DNA of 63,499 bases, filler included, from Methanobacteriota archaeon (GCA_024860865.1; 8 parts of 8 records of this genome joined end to end with filler, not necessarily neighbours in it); one strand, 5' to 3'. Positions 19,897-30,920 are shown, numbered from the whole stretch's first letter. The notes: generated by a model not told the origin, from the sequence alone. Numbers and translations: made by a program.

Positions 19897-21018
19897 TTAA
19901 ACATTTAAAGAAACCAGTATAGTTTTGTTTATTTCTCTTTCAATCCATTCTTTCCCTTTTATTTTTCCAACCCTATATATCTCAATCAGTTTTTCAGCAT
20001 AATTTTTCGCTTTATTATAGCCGACCTCTCTTGCTTCTTCTATTACACTCCAGTCATCTTTTTCTCTGAACTCCCAATAAGCTGTGGCAATTTCCGGAAA
20101 GATTTTTTTCCGAGATCCAGTGAGAAGAGAAACGTAAAATCCAAGAGAACCCTTATTCCTATTGTCAATTATGTGTCTCAGTGTTCCCTTCTGATTTGTG
20201 TCAGCCAGGAGATCTTTTGTCCCTCTTACAAGCCCTTCAATTTTAGTATGCGGAAATAAACCAATTAGCTCGCGCCATTCTTCGTCAGGAAAAACTTTGT
20301 CACTTGCCTCTCCTATTTCATGGCTAAGATAAGATTTCAGTTCTTCTTCACAAATTCTATCCATTTTATCCGCTATACTTTCTGGTTTTGCACCAATTTT
20401 TTCCTCATTCAACCCGTAATCTTCAAAAGCGAACTTTAAAGCCTTTTTTTCTTTTGTGGTTTTCACTTCTTTGACTTTTTCCCATAGGAGATATCTAACT
20501 GGTTCTTTTCTGCCAAATATATCATTTCCCTGTAACAGAGCTGGAGTAGTAAATAAATCCCTTGCAGACTCTTTATCTAAAACATGAATATTGTATCCAT
20601 TTTCCATTCGGGATTCTTCGAGTTCAGCGAGGAAAAAAGAGGGTTTCATCGAGGCTGCATAGCCTGCTCCATAAAGAAATCCTTCAGGCTTGAGTGTTTT
20701 ATTTATTCCTTTTAAATCGAAGGGCTGATATTCGTTCCCTTCTATCTCTATGTTCTGAAATTCCTTTTCTGACAGTTTTTTCCAGTTTATCTCTTTTTCC
20801 TCAACCCAATCCATCAAATCAGAATGATCGATTTCTTCCCAAGGTTTTATTTTCCTCTCCCATTTGTATAGGTCTCTGAGCCTCAATAACAATCCACATA
20901 TAGAATATATACCCCAGTATTTAGCATCTGAAATGTCACAATTCTTCTTAACCTGGTTTGCAATATGTTCAACATCAATCATTCTTTCACCAGTTACAAT
21001 AATAAATTCTTTTTTCAT
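19897..21018 (-). CDS. Sfum_1244-like conserved protein
   Basis: NCDISDA...YSICGLLLRLRDLYKWE, HEIGE. Confidence 0.7.
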   Translation of the reverse strand: MKKEFIIVTGERMIDVEHIANQVKKNCDISDAKYWGIYSICGLLLRLRDLYKWERKIKPWEEIDHSDLMDWVEEKEINWKKLSEKEFQNIEIEGNEYQPFDLKGINKTLKPEGFLYGAGYAASMKPSFFLAELEESRMENGYNIHVLDKESARDLFTTPALLQGNDIFGRKEPVRYLLWEKVKEVKTTKEKKALKFAFEDYGLNEEKIGAKPESIADKMDRICEEELKSYLSHEIGEASDKVFPDEEWRELIGLFPHTKIEGLVRGTKDLLADTNQKGTLRHIIDNRNKGSLGFYVSLLTGSRKKIFPEIATAYWEFREKDDWSVIEEAREVGYNKAKNYAEKLIEIYRVGKIKGKEWIEREINKTILVSLNV

Positions 21019-21029
21019 TTATAAAAAAA

Positions 21030-22193
21030 TTGGGAAATAATATGGGTATTTTTTCTAGAAATTTGCTCTTGATATTTGGCACAGCATTTCTGTTTTTCTT
21101 TAGTTTTCACATGTTATTGCCAATCCTTGCACTATTTGCAAAAAACATAGGCGCCAGTGATGCAGAAATTGGCTTAATCATAGGTATATTTGCTTTTATG
21201 GCAGTGATAGCAAGGCTTCCAGTTGGCATTTATGTTGATAGGCATGGCAAAAAGAGAATGATAATACTTGGTTGCTTGATCTTCTTCATATCACCTATTC
21301 TCTACTCAATTTGTTCTACTCCTTCTCAATTATTTTTCATTAGAATGTTTCATGGAATAGGTATTGCGGCTTTCACTATATCTGCGATGGCCATGGTGGC
21401 CGACCTTGCTCCAAGAGGACGATTAGGTGAGATAATGGGTTTTTATGGTGTATCAGTGATGTTTGCTACCGCTGTAGCACCTAGTTTAGGAGGTTTATTG
21501 ACAGACTTACTTGATTTTTCTCGAACATTTTTAATTGCCTCATTGCTAGCATTTAGCTCAGTAATTCTCTCAACGCTGATAAAAGAACAAATAGTTCAAA
21601 GTGGTAGTTATAGCTATAAAACTAGCTTTAAAGATGCGATAACAAATAAAAATGTCATAACATCAAGTCTTGCTATATTCACGCTGACAATAACCTACGC
21701 TTCAATTGTCTCTTTTTTCCCAGTATATGCTCGGCTTTTTAATATCACCCCTACTGAAGTTGGGTTGTTCTTCACAGCATATGCAGTTGCAACGATATTC
21801 ACTAGACCTACAATGGGAAGATTATCTGACAGATTTGGCAGAGCGCCGGTGATTTTGCCAACTATGTGCCTTGCAGCAATAGCAATTTTTCTAGTTTCTA
21901 AATTTAGCACTCTCAATGGGTTTTTCATTTCAGCTGTGTTATATGGCGTTGGTTTTGGCTCAGCTTTCTCTGCTCTTTCTGCCTTTGTAGTCGATACTAT
22001 CGATCCAAAAAATAGAGGATCCGCCATGGGAATATTCACATCTTGCTTTGATCTTGGTATAGCAACTGGGTCAATTGGACTTGGAGTTGTAGGTCAATAC
22101 TATGGCTATCAAGTACTATACGAAACCGCTTCTCTCATCTTAGTAATTGGTGTTGTATCATTTATAATATTTAGATATATTTGGAAGGATTAA
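21030..22193 (+). CDS. MFS transporter
   Basis: Multiple TM helices; DRHGKK and GRLSDRFGR motifs. Confidence 0.92.
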   Translation: MGNNMGIFSRNLLLIFGTAFLFFFSFHMLLPILALFAKNIGASDAEIGLIIGIFAFMAVIARLPVGIYVDRHGKKRMIILGCLIFFISPILYSICSTPSQLFFIRMFHGIGIAAFTISAMAMVADLAPRGRLGEIMGFYGVSVMFATAVAPSLGGLLTDLLDFSRTFLIASLLAFSSVILSTLIKEQIVQSGSYSYKTSFKDAITNKNVITSSLAIFTLTITYASIVSFFPVYARLFNITPTEVGLFFTAYAVATIFTRPTMGRLSDRFGRAPVILPTMCLAAIAIFLVSKFSTLNGFFISAVLYGVGFGSAFSALSAFVVDTIDPKNRGSAMGIFTSCFDLGIATGSIGLGVVGQYYGYQVLYETASLILVIGVVSFIIFRYIWKD

Positions 22194-22234
22194 ATTGATA
22201 GAAAAATTTCTCTCTAACTTTAAAAGTTAAAATC

Positions 22235-22663
22235 ATGGAGTAGATCAAAATTAAGGGCACATATAACTTAGTTATTAAATTAGATAAAAGCCAAAAATTA
22301 ACAATCGGAAAACTTGGGACCTTCTTTTTCCCTAAGGGCTATTATGTTTATACTGGATCTGCTCTGAATAATCTAGATGCTAGAATAGCACACCATAAAA
22401 ACGCAAACAAAAAACTGCGCTGGCATATCGACTACTTGTTAAGAAAGGCAAGGATTTTGAATGTGCTAACAATTAAAACTGAGCGAAAAGTAGAATGTCA
22501 ACTCCATGGGGTGATAGAAAACTTGCCAAACGCCAAGATATTAATACCAAAGTTTGGTTCATCAGATTGCAAATGTAAAAGCCATCTAGTTTATTTTAAG
22601 AAACTCCATATCACAGAAACCCAGAAAAAAATAAATATTTTAGGATTTGCTAAAAACAAATAA
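22235..22663 (+). CDS. DUF123/GIY-YIG-like nuclease; TAG at codon 3 or non-AUG start
   Basis: KGTY.LVI, GYYVYTGSA, LRWHIDYLL, FGSSDCKCKSHL in one frame. Confidence 0.75.
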
Positions 22664-22764
22664 ATTTTCGTAACAAACCTTATATTCATTAAGCTACATT
22701 CAAAAAGATACTTTTAGAAAAAATTCAATGGTTTAAGGATTTTAATGAATTTGGAGATGGGATA

Positions 22765-23220
22765 TTGGCTAGACTGCATACAAGAAGGAAAGGTGAACAC
22801 GGCTCAAAGCATCCTGTCCGAGCTGCTCCCCCAAGTTGGGTGCAACAAGATTCAAGCGAACTTAAAGAACTAGTAGTGAGACTAGCAAAAGAAGGGTATT
22901 CTACTGCGACGATCGGTACAATCCTCCGAGATCAATATGGAGTTCCAAGTGTAAAGTTGGTTACAGGGGAAAAACTACTGGAAATTTTGAAAGAACACAA
23001 TATAGCTCCCACACTTCCTGAAGATCTAATGAATGTGATAAAACAAGCCCTCAGAACTCGAAGACATATAGAAGTTCATAAGAAAGATATTAGCAACAAA
23101 CGTAATCTAACTTTAGCAGAATCAAAAATTCACAGACTAGTAAAATACTACAAAAAGAAAGGTATTTTACCAGCTGACTGGACTTACGAACCTAAAAAAG
23201 CAGCTTTGCTTATAAAGTGA
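22765..23220 (+). CDS. rps15: 30S ribosomal protein S15 (uS15)
   Basis: MARLHTRRKG..GS, IGTILRDQYG, ESKIHRLVKYYK. Confidence 0.96.
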   Translation: MARLHTRRKGEHGSKHPVRAAPPSWVQQDSSELKELVVRLAKEGYSTATIGTILRDQYGVPSVKLVTGEKLLEILKEHNIAPTLPEDLMNVIKQALRTRRHIEVHKKDISNKRNLTLAESKIHRLVKYYKKKGILPADWTYEPKKAALLIK

Positions 23221-23256
23221 TTTTGAAACGAAAAATAATAGAATGAGGCAAACCAA

Positions 23257-23514
23257 CTAAGATGTCGGATTGCCTTCTGTTTCTTCTTTAACTTGCGGTG
23301 CTGGCTTCGGTTTTGCACCAACAGACAATAGAACACTGAATTTGTCAAAATGTTCTAGAAAAGATTCGTATTGAGGCGGTGCTGGTCTGTAATCTTGCCA
23401 TTTCTCTAAGTATTGTTTAATTCTTTCAAGGACTTGCCTTCTTTCGACCTCTAAGGCAACTAACCTTGCTAAGAGCAATTCAAGGTTGTCTTTATCGCTG
23501 TAAAGCATATACAA
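23257..23514 (-). CDS. Hypothetical protein
   Basis: 85-aa ORF with SD-like GAGG. Confidence 0.45.
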   Translation of the reverse strand: MYMLYSDKDNLELLLARLVALEVERRQVLERIKQYLEKWQDYRPAPPQYESFLEHFDKFSVLLSVGAKPKPAPQVKEETEGNPTS

Positions 23515-23973
23515 TAACCTCTGGTTATTTTTTACGGAGCATCGGCTATTTTTTTGATTCCACCATATTCTAGAACAACTGGATGGTGTGAGAACATTGC
23601 TACATGGCGTTGAATATCCACATATTCATCAGTGGCATCACATATGTAGACTCCAGTATGGACTGGTATTTGTTCAAGCAGTTCCTGCTTCTGTTTTTGC
23701 ACTATTTTCACCCCTGTTTTTTTGGCGATTTCGTGTTGCTCATCTCATTTGTTTGTCCCAGCACACATTTGCCATTTATCATGATTTATCATGATAAATA
23801 TGTATGATTTATATAAAAACTTTGCGCTTCCTTTTTATTTTATTTACTGTATTTATATTTTTAATAATATTTTATTACTGAAGGTAATTTCCAGCTAATG
23901 AAAGTTACTGTTCTTGTTCGCAGCAATTTAATAAATGCTATCAAATCCCAATTTTCAATGTTTGTTTGTTTTA

Positions 23974-24573
23974 CTAAATGCCTGTTGATGGAATATAATA
24001 CCTTGAGAAAGGCCTCATGACAAATGCAAAGTAAAGCGATCCAAGAATGACAAAAATTATTACAATTATTACTGGCAGCAGAAGCGCGAGTAAAGCTCTC
24101 CCCAAAGTAAGTTCATGAACAACTTTTACTGCAAATACTTCACAAATAAAAACCCATATTCCTCCAATGAAAGCGCCAATGATTGGAATTATCCCGAGTG
24201 CAGCTGGTGCATAGGCGAATCCCATCGCCCTCAAAAAACCTGTGAAATTAGCCTTGCCTCCTAGAAGCAGTGCAAAAAGATGAACTATTCCAGAAGAAAT
24301 GAACCATCCGATTATTGCAAGAATTGGCACCACTGTTGCTAAGGCTGCGCCTGCTAGTCCCCCTCCCATCATGCCAAATGGCCCAAACATAGCCCCAGCA
24401 AACGTAAGCAAAAAGAAATACCCTATTCCTTGGCAAATCCCAGACAATAATACAACAAGAAAACTCTGCCCTAAAGCATTTGGATCATCGCGTATTTCAG
24501 CATAAACTGGTTGCTCCAACATTACTGCCCGCTTAATTCTTCCAAAAAGAGGGGGTCTAACTTGAGATTCCAT
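23974..24573 (-). CDS. Yip1-domain membrane protein
   Basis: TM helices; LLGGKANF...RAMGFAYAP. Confidence 0.8.
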   Translation of the reverse strand: MESQVRPPLFGRIKRAVMLEQPVYAEIRDDPNALGQSFLVVLLSGICQGIGYFFLLTFAGAMFGPFGMMGGGLAGAALATVVPILAIIGWFISSGIVHLFALLLGGKANFTGFLRAMGFAYAPAALGIIPIIGAFIGGIWVFICEVFAVKVVHELTLGRALLALLLPVIIVIIFVILGSLYFAFVMRPFSRYYIPSTGI

Positions 24574-24801
24574 CCAATCCCTATCAATAAGAATGCATTC
24601 AAATTATTAAATATGCCGAATCGGTTAATTTTCCAAGTTTTAACGCTAGATAATCAGAATGTTGCTATATCAAGGAATAGAAATAAGGGAGAAGTTGCTA
24701 TCTCTTTTGATGCAATAAATTAAGATGTTCTAACTCTTAGAAAAGGCACTTAAGATAGTAAATTTCATATCTTCCAAAAGTTTTTGTAAAAGTCTTTCTA
24801 A

Positions 24802-26250
24802 ATGAAATTTGTTGGTGGTACCCCTTTGGCTACTATTCAAACATGCGCACAAGCCGTTGCAAAAGTAATAAAGGATTTTATTATAAAAGGGTCTCCAATA
24901 AGAATAATTAGCCACTATGATGCTGACGGCCTTACATCAGCAGGTATTCTTGGAAAAGCACTGATGCGCGCTGGCGCTCGTTTTCATTTCTCAATAGTAG
25001 AACAATTAGAAAAAGAGCATATTGAAAGTTTTGCTCATGGGAAATATGAGCTATTTGTTTTTACCGACCTAGGTAGCGGTCAATTAGATATAATCCAAGA
25101 AAAAATATTGCCGAAAGCGAATGTCGTTGTAATTGATCACCACCGACCTTTAGATATTAACCACGAACGATTAGCTCACATTAATCCACATTTTTTTGGT
25201 TTTGATGGATCCAAAGAGGCAAGCGGTTCTAGCATGAGTTATCTTTGTGCTACTGCACTCGATTCAGCAAATAAAGATTTGGCAGATCTTGCAATTGTTG
25301 GAGCAGTTGGTGACCGCCAAGATTCAAGCGGAGCATTGCTTGGTTTAAATGCTCAAGTATTGAAGGAAGGAGAGGAAGCCAATGCGGTAAAAGCTGAGAA
25401 GGATTTAAGATTATTTGGTCGCCATACTCATCCTCTTCACCTGGCCTTAAGCTACACTATAGAACCCTATATCCCAGAAATTACTGGAAATGAATCAAAA
25501 TGTGTACAATTTTTAACCGATCTAAAAATTTTATCTGCAGATAAATGGAATCGCCGACTAATCGATTTAAATCAAGAGGAAAAACAACGATTGATCACTA
25601 GCCTAATTCTAAAAATGATCGAAGGCGGTTCTCCATCTGAACTTGCTGAAGGGATTATAGGTGAAGTTTATACTCTATTAAAAGAAGAAGAAAATTCAGA
25701 GTTGCGTGATGCAAAAAGTTTCGCAACATTGTTAAATGCTTGCGGAAGAAATCATAGCCCGAGTGTTGGATTGGCAATATGTTTAGGCGATAGAACTGAT
25801 GTAGTAGTTGAAGCTAAAAAGACTTTAAAAAATCACAGAATGAGACTCTCGAAGAGTCTAAATTGGGTATACCAAAATTCAGAGGCCATCCATAAGCTTC
25901 AATATGTCCAATATTTCCATGGTGAAAATCACATTGAAGAAAACCTAGTGGGCACAGTAACCTCAATGGCTATGAGCTCAAAAATATTAAATTCATATAA
26001 GCCTGTCGTAGCCTTTGCTTTTAGAGAGGATAAAAAAGTTAAGGTCTCAGCTAGGGCAACTAGAAAATTAGTTGAGAAAGGACTAAACTTAGCTGAGGCA
26101 CTTCATAGTGCAGCTCATGCTGTGGGCGGAATAGGAGGCGGACACGATGTGGCTGCTGGTGCAACTATCCCAATTGGCTCAGAAAATCAGTTCATTAAAC
26201 TTGTAGAAGAAAGCATTAAAAATCAGATGAGCGGCCATGGTTCTAGCTAA
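24802..26250 (+). CDS. RecJ-like DHH nuclease (GAN/Cdc45-like)
   Basis: SHYDADG, DLGSG, IDHH, GGGHDVAAGA; rps15-recJ-pcc1-rps3ae context. Confidence 0.92.
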   Translation: MKFVGGTPLATIQTCAQAVAKVIKDFIIKGSPIRIISHYDADGLTSAGILGKALMRAGARFHFSIVEQLEKEHIESFAHGKYELFVFTDLGSGQLDIIQEKILPKANVVVIDHHRPLDINHERLAHINPHFFGFDGSKEASGSSMSYLCATALDSANKDLADLAIVGAVGDRQDSSGALLGLNAQVLKEGEEANAVKAEKDLRLFGRHTHPLHLALSYTIEPYIPEITGNESKCVQFLTDLKILSADKWNRRLIDLNQEEKQRLITSLILKMIEGGSPSELAEGIIGEVYTLLKEEENSELRDAKSFATLLNACGRNHSPSVGLAICLGDRTDVVVEAKKTLKNHRMRLSKSLNWVYQNSEAIHKLQYVQYFHGENHIEENLVGTVTSMAMSSKILNSYKPVVAFAFREDKKVKVSARATRKLVEKGLNLAEALHSAAHAVGGIGGGHDVAAGATIPIGSENQFIKLVEESIKNQMSGHGSS

Positions 26251-26506
26251 GGCATATATTCAGTGTAACTATAAACCTGGAGCTAAAGTCAATGCAATCG
26301 CAGCTGCTTTAGAAGTAGATAATAAAGCTGCTCCGCCGACTATTAAAGTAAAAAGTTATTCTGAAAAAAATATACTTTATAATGAGATCGAAACTATTGA
26401 TAAATTAGAGACATTTTTATCAACTATTGATGATTTATTGTTCTCGATATTAATTGCTGAAAGTTCACTCTCGTTGGAGGATGAAGGTGGAGGAACAAAG
26501 GTTTAA
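26237..26506 (+). CDS. pcc1: KEOPS subunit Pcc1
   Basis: ALEVDN, STIDDLL; conserved position after recJ. Confidence 0.8.
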   Translation: MVLAKAYIQCNYKPGAKVNAIAAALEVDNKAAPPTIKVKSYSEKNILYNEIETIDKLETFLSTIDDLLFSILIAESSLSLEDEGGGTKV

Positions 26507-28067
26507 TTTAAAAGCTAGCTTTACATTCAGCGATAATGTTGAAAAAGCAAGCCAAATTCTAAAAGAATTTTTTGTACGAGCAAATAAAGAGATCCTTCTT
26601 AAAGGCGTCCCTAAAGGTAAGGAAGAAGAAGCTGCAAAAATTAAAGCCTGGGAGCTAAAAGGAAACCAACTTGAAGTTAACATAGAATCTGGAAGATATG
26701 TTAGAGCACATGTGGCTGTATTAAGGATTGGGAAAATATTAGCTGAAACTCTTGGTAAAAATTATAAAGTGGGGCTTCGCAGCATCAATGTAAAAGATTT
26801 TTTTATAAACTTATCAACAACTCAAGCACTTCCAAAAGAAATTGTCGAAAGAGTTAAATCTCTTCCTAAAATCCAAGATGTTAAAGCTGAAGCGAACATT
26901 CTCAACCTCTTGCTTAAGCCCTTAACAGAAAGTGAGCTTAAGAGGAATATCCCCGATAGAATTATCAGTTTGGCTGAAAAAATTATAGAAGATGGCCTGA
27001 AGAAGCCGACCATTATTCCTAAAATGCCGATTTTAAAGAAAAGCCCTCCCAAGCCAATAAAATTCTCAGAAGATCCTTTGAAAGTAGCTCTTCAACTTGG
27101 TTGGATAAAAGAGTTCCCGGGCAGAGGACAGTACATTTACACAGCCCCATATGCAAAATTGTTCGAAATAATTAAAGAAACATTGCTCAAAGAAATCGCT
27201 CGTAAATTGGGTTTTCAACCTTTTTTACTGCCAAAATTAATTCCGCTTGAAGTAATGAAGAGAATGCCCGGCTATCTAGATGAGATACCAGAGGGCATGT
27301 ACTACGTATGCCCACCACCCAGAGATCCAGGGGCTTTCACTCGTTTTAAGGATCAATTTAAGATTACAAAAGATATTCCTAAAAAAGAATTGAAAAAGGT
27401 AATTAAAGATCCGGAATATGTTTTAGCACCAGCTCAGTGCGAACCATTCTGGCAGTTTTATAGCCATGAAATTGTTCGAGTTGAAGAACTTCCATTTAAA
27501 CTCTATGACTCTTCAGGTTGGACATACAGATGGGAAGGCGGTGGAGTTGAAGGGCTTGTACGCCTTCAAGAGTTTATGCGCATCGAATTAACATATCTCG
27601 GCACACCTGAGCAGGTTGTTGATATCAGAGACAGTATAATGAACGAATGCGTGCGTGTAGCCGACAAAATACTTGGCCTAGAATGGAAAATAACTGCTGC
27701 AACACCATTTTACATGAAAGGCGGCGAAATCGCCGTTGATATAACTGACAGCAAGAACGTGGCTGCTTATGATATTGAAATATTTTTACCATATCGCGGG
27801 CCTAGGGAAAGCGCCGAGTGGCTAGAAATTGCTGGCTGCTTTGTACACAAAACTAAGTTCGTTGATAGCTTCAAAATTCGCGAGATTAAAGGGAGAGATA
27901 TATGGACAGGATGCACTGGGCTTGGCATTTCAAGGTGGGTTGCAGCATTTCTCGCAGAGCATGGATTTAATTCTAAAGACTGGCCAAAAGAAATACGCGA
28001 ACAAGCTGAGCCTTTACCAGAAGTTCCTAAAACCTTAGAGTGGCCGGCGGTTAAGAAAAAAGAGTAA
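26481..28067 (+). CDS. serS: Seryl-tRNA synthetase, methanogen type
   Basis: ESGRYVRAH N-domain, APAQCEPF, YRWEGGG, EFMRIE, WTGCTGLG; GGAGG before ATG 26481. Confidence 0.92.
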   Translation: MKVEEQRFNLKASFTFSDNVEKASQILKEFFVRANKEILLKGVPKGKEEEAAKIKAWELKGNQLEVNIESGRYVRAHVAVLRIGKILAETLGKNYKVGLRSINVKDFFINLSTTQALPKEIVERVKSLPKIQDVKAEANILNLLLKPLTESELKRNIPDRIISLAEKIIEDGLKKPTIIPKMPILKKSPPKPIKFSEDPLKVALQLGWIKEFPGRGQYIYTAPYAKLFEIIKETLLKEIARKLGFQPFLLPKLIPLEVMKRMPGYLDEIPEGMYYVCPPPRDPGAFTRFKDQFKITKDIPKKELKKVIKDPEYVLAPAQCEPFWQFYSHEIVRVEELPFKLYDSSGWTYRWEGGGVEGLVRLQEFMRIELTYLGTPEQVVDIRDSIMNECVRVADKILGLEWKITAATPFYMKGGEIAVDITDSKNVAAYDIEIFLPYRGPRESAEWLEIAGCFVHKTKFVDSFKIREIKGRDIWTGCTGLGISRWVAAFLAEHGFNSKDWPKEIREQAEPLPEVPKTLEWPAVKKKE

Positions 28068-28182
28068 TTAATTAAACCTATTTTGATTTTTAAATGGCTT
28101 TTTAGCTCAGCTTTAGAAAAAATACTCGATTCTATTTCGAATATTTTATTATCCCCATTATGAGACAAATAATAGAGTCCGT

Positions 28183-28713
28183 ATGGAAGAGATAATTTAT
28201 GAGGATAACATCTCACCAGAAGTCTATCGCGTGCTTTTCATTCCTATTGCGATTTTCTACGCATCTATCATGCTTTTACTTACTGTAGTTAACTATTACT
28301 TCTCAAAAATTTTACCAAATTTTATGTTGGTAATTCTTTGGTTTTTCTCGCTGAGTTTTTTAGCAGCTTATGAGTTTTTACTCCGAACCACAAAGTATTT
28401 GATAACACAAACTGGGATAGTAATTAAATATCCCCTCGTTGAACCAAAGATAATTCCTTTTTTAAATATCAAAAACATCAAGGTTGAGAAGATTGAAGAG
28501 GCATACAAGCCATGGCACGTCAAAATTTTTAAACTGTTCATCGGTACTAAACATTTTTTAACTAAAACAGCCGTGGTTGTAGATATAACTGACATTAAGT
28601 GGAGTAGTTTAGCTTTAAATCCGAATTCAATTCTTTTGACACCATCTAACCCGTATAAATTCGCTGAAATTGCACAAAGTTATGTATTGAAAAAGCAATT
28701 AGTACAATTGTAA
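28183..28713 (+). CDS. Membrane protein with bacterial PH-like domain
   Basis: Two TM helices, LLTPSNP. Confidence 0.55.
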   Translation: MEEIIYEDNISPEVYRVLFIPIAIFYASIMLLLTVVNYYFSKILPNFMLVILWFFSLSFLAAYEFLLRTTKYLITQTGIVIKYPLVEPKIIPFLNIKNIKVEKIEEAYKPWHVKIFKLFIGTKHFLTKTAVVVDITDIKWSSLALNPNSILLTPSNPYKFAEIAQSYVLKKQLVQL

Positions 28714-28794
28714 CAAAATTATCAAAAAAGCTTTTAAAGTACCCCCTACCAAAGTAAGAGCCCTATAGTAATATCTTTCTAGAAGCGTGGTTTA

Positions 28795-29379
28795 ATGCCT
28801 AAACCCATTAAAGCAAAAGATGTGTGGCGCACAAAATCATGGTACACTATATTGGCGCCTAAAATGTTTGGTCAAGCAGAGATAGGTGAGACCCCAGCTG
28901 ATGATCCAAATAAATTGATTGGAAGAACAATTGAAAGCACTCTAAAAGATTTAACGGGCGATTTTACTAAACAAAATATCAAATTGATGTTTCAAGTTAA
29001 TAACATTGAAGGTGCGACTGCTCATACGAAGTTTATCGGCCACAAATTGGCTCGAGACTACATTAGAAGTCAAGTTAGAAGGGGTTCAAGCAGAGTTGAT
29101 GCTATAGTTGATGTAACGACTAAAGATGGATACAAGCTTAGAATTAAAGGCGTAGCTTTTTCAGCGCATCGCGCGAATACTTCTCAAGAAGATTCTATTA
29201 GAGTGACGATGATTAATGTAATTGAAAAAGCATCCAGCGAAAAAAATTACGAACAACTTATACAAGAAATTGTCCTCGGAAAACTATCCGAAGATATCCG
29301 CAGACAAGTCAAACTTATTTTCCCGCTCCGTCGGATTGAAATACGCAAAACTGAACTTTTAGCTGAGCCTCTAACATAA
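28795..29379 (+). CDS. rps3ae: 30S ribosomal protein S3Ae (eS1)
   Basis: KSWYTILAPKMF, GETPADDP, IFPLRRIEIRK. Confidence 0.96.
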   Translation: MPKPIKAKDVWRTKSWYTILAPKMFGQAEIGETPADDPNKLIGRTIESTLKDLTGDFTKQNIKLMFQVNNIEGATAHTKFIGHKLARDYIRSQVRRGSSRVDAIVDVTTKDGYKLRIKGVAFSAHRANTSQEDSIRVTMINVIEKASSEKNYEQLIQEIVLGKLSEDIRRQVKLIFPLRRIEIRKTELLAEPLT

Positions 29380-29389
29380 TCTTGGAGCG

Positions 29390-30190
29390 TTGAATTTGCT
29401 CAAGCGGCTTTTCGGCTGCTATAAACCAATTATTGGCGTAGTCCACTTACTTCCCCTACCAGGTGCCCCTAAATTTAAAAATAATTTTGATGAAGTTATA
29501 ACACGAGCTAAACAAGATGCTATTGCCCTTGAGAATGGCGGGGTTAATGGGATAATAGTGGAAAACTACGGCGATATACCCTTCAAGCCAGAAGTTGGAT
29601 TAGAAACTGTTGCAGCGATGACATATGTAGCCGGAGAAGTTACAAAAGTGATAAAATTGCCGTTTGGCATTAATGTGCTTAGGAATGATGCAAAGGCAGC
29701 ATTAGCCATAGCAACAGCTGTTGGAGCGAAATTCATTCGGATTAATGTTCATACAGATGCAATGGTGACAGATCAGGGCTTAATTGAGGGAAAAGCCCAT
29801 GAAACTCTGCGCTATCGAAGAACATTGAATGAAAACATCAATATTTTTGCTGATATATTTGTTAAACACGCTGCACCAGCCTATCTGCGACCAATAGAAA
29901 CTGTAGCTTACGATACAGCTTATCGTGGCTTAGCTGATGCATTAATAGTCACTGGAAGCAGTACTGGTAAACCACCTCTTCTTGAAGATGTAGTTAAAGT
30001 TAAAAAAGCAGTTCCAGACAAACCAGTTATAGCCGGAAGCGGTATTTCAGAAAAAAATGTCAAAAAAATTTTAGAAAATGCTGATGGCGCTATAGTTGGC
30101 ACTTCATTTAAATTCAATGCTATAACTAAGAATCCCGTAGATGAAAAAAGAGTGAAAAAGCTCGTTAAGATGGTTAAACAATTAAGGTAA
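29390..30190 (+). CDS. BtpA/SgcQ family protein
   Basis: GVVHLLPLPGAP, ENYGDIPF, GINVLRND, VTGSSTG. Confidence 0.92.
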   Translation: MNLLKRLFGCYKPIIGVVHLLPLPGAPKFKNNFDEVITRAKQDAIALENGGVNGIIVENYGDIPFKPEVGLETVAAMTYVAGEVTKVIKLPFGINVLRNDAKAALAIATAVGAKFIRINVHTDAMVTDQGLIEGKAHETLRYRRTLNENINIFADIFVKHAAPAYLRPIETVAYDTAYRGLADALIVTGSSTGKPPLLEDVVKVKKAVPDKPVIAGSGISEKNVKKILENADGAIVGTSFKFNAITKNPVDEKRVKKLVKMVKQLR

Positions 30191-30196
30191 AATAAA

Positions 30197-30916
30197 ATGA
30201 TTAGTATCGCAACATATGTAGTAGCTGCGATTTGTATCATATTGAGTGTTGTTGCTTACAAAGTAAGAGCTTTTAATGCAAGTGGAACAGTCGCTGCGAT
30301 GATTACTGGACTAATAATAATTTTTTTTGATTATAAATTGTTCATGATTCTGCTTTTGTTTGTTTTCTTAGGAGTTGGTTCAACAAAATTTAGGTATAGT
30401 TATAAGGAATCGCTTGGTGTAGCTGAAAAAAATAAAGGAGCGCGGGATGCTAATAACGTGTTTGCTAATGGTATCATTTCAGTTCTAGTTGTAATTTTTG
30501 GGTTTGCTAAATTCCCGGGTGAATTTGTAATTGCTGGCTATATCGGCGCTATTTCAGCAGCTACAGCTGACACGCTTGCGAGTGAGGTGGGGGTTCTAGC
30601 TAAAGAATGGCCTAGACTAATTACCAAACCTTCTAAGAAAGTTCCTCCTGGGACAAATGGCGCAGTTACAATGCTTGGAACAAGTGCTGCTCTGATTGGA
30701 ACAATACTAATTGGAGTTCTTGCCGGAATTATAAACAACGATATACCGCTTTTAAAAATCCTGATCATTTCAATTATTGCTGGAATGTTCGGATGTATAA
30801 TAGATAGTGTGATTGGAGCTATCTGGGAAGACAAGGGCCATCTAACTAAAAACCAAGTAAATATAATTGCAACACTTACTGGAGCTTTAATTGCTATCGC
30901 TATACTTCTCGTGTGA
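30197..30916 (+). CDS. DUF92/TMEM19 membrane protein
   Basis: R...NVFANG, ATADTLASEVG, VPPGTNGAVT, DSVIGA. Confidence 0.9.
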   Translation: MISIATYVVAAICIILSVVAYKVRAFNASGTVAAMITGLIIIFFDYKLFMILLLFVFLGVGSTKFRYSYKESLGVAEKNKGARDANNVFANGIISVLVVIFGFAKFPGEFVIAGYIGAISAATADTLASEVGVLAKEWPRLITKPSKKVPPGTNGAVTMLGTSAALIGTILIGVLAGIINNDIPLLKILIISIIAGMFGCIIDSVIGAIWEDKGHLTKNQVNIIATLTGALIAIAILLV

Positions 30917-30920
30917 TGAA

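Noticed and set aside
23530-23807. Short ORFs on both strands, including a minus-strand frame with an internal TGA
   Set aside because: No recognisable family or BHB; cannot support a call.
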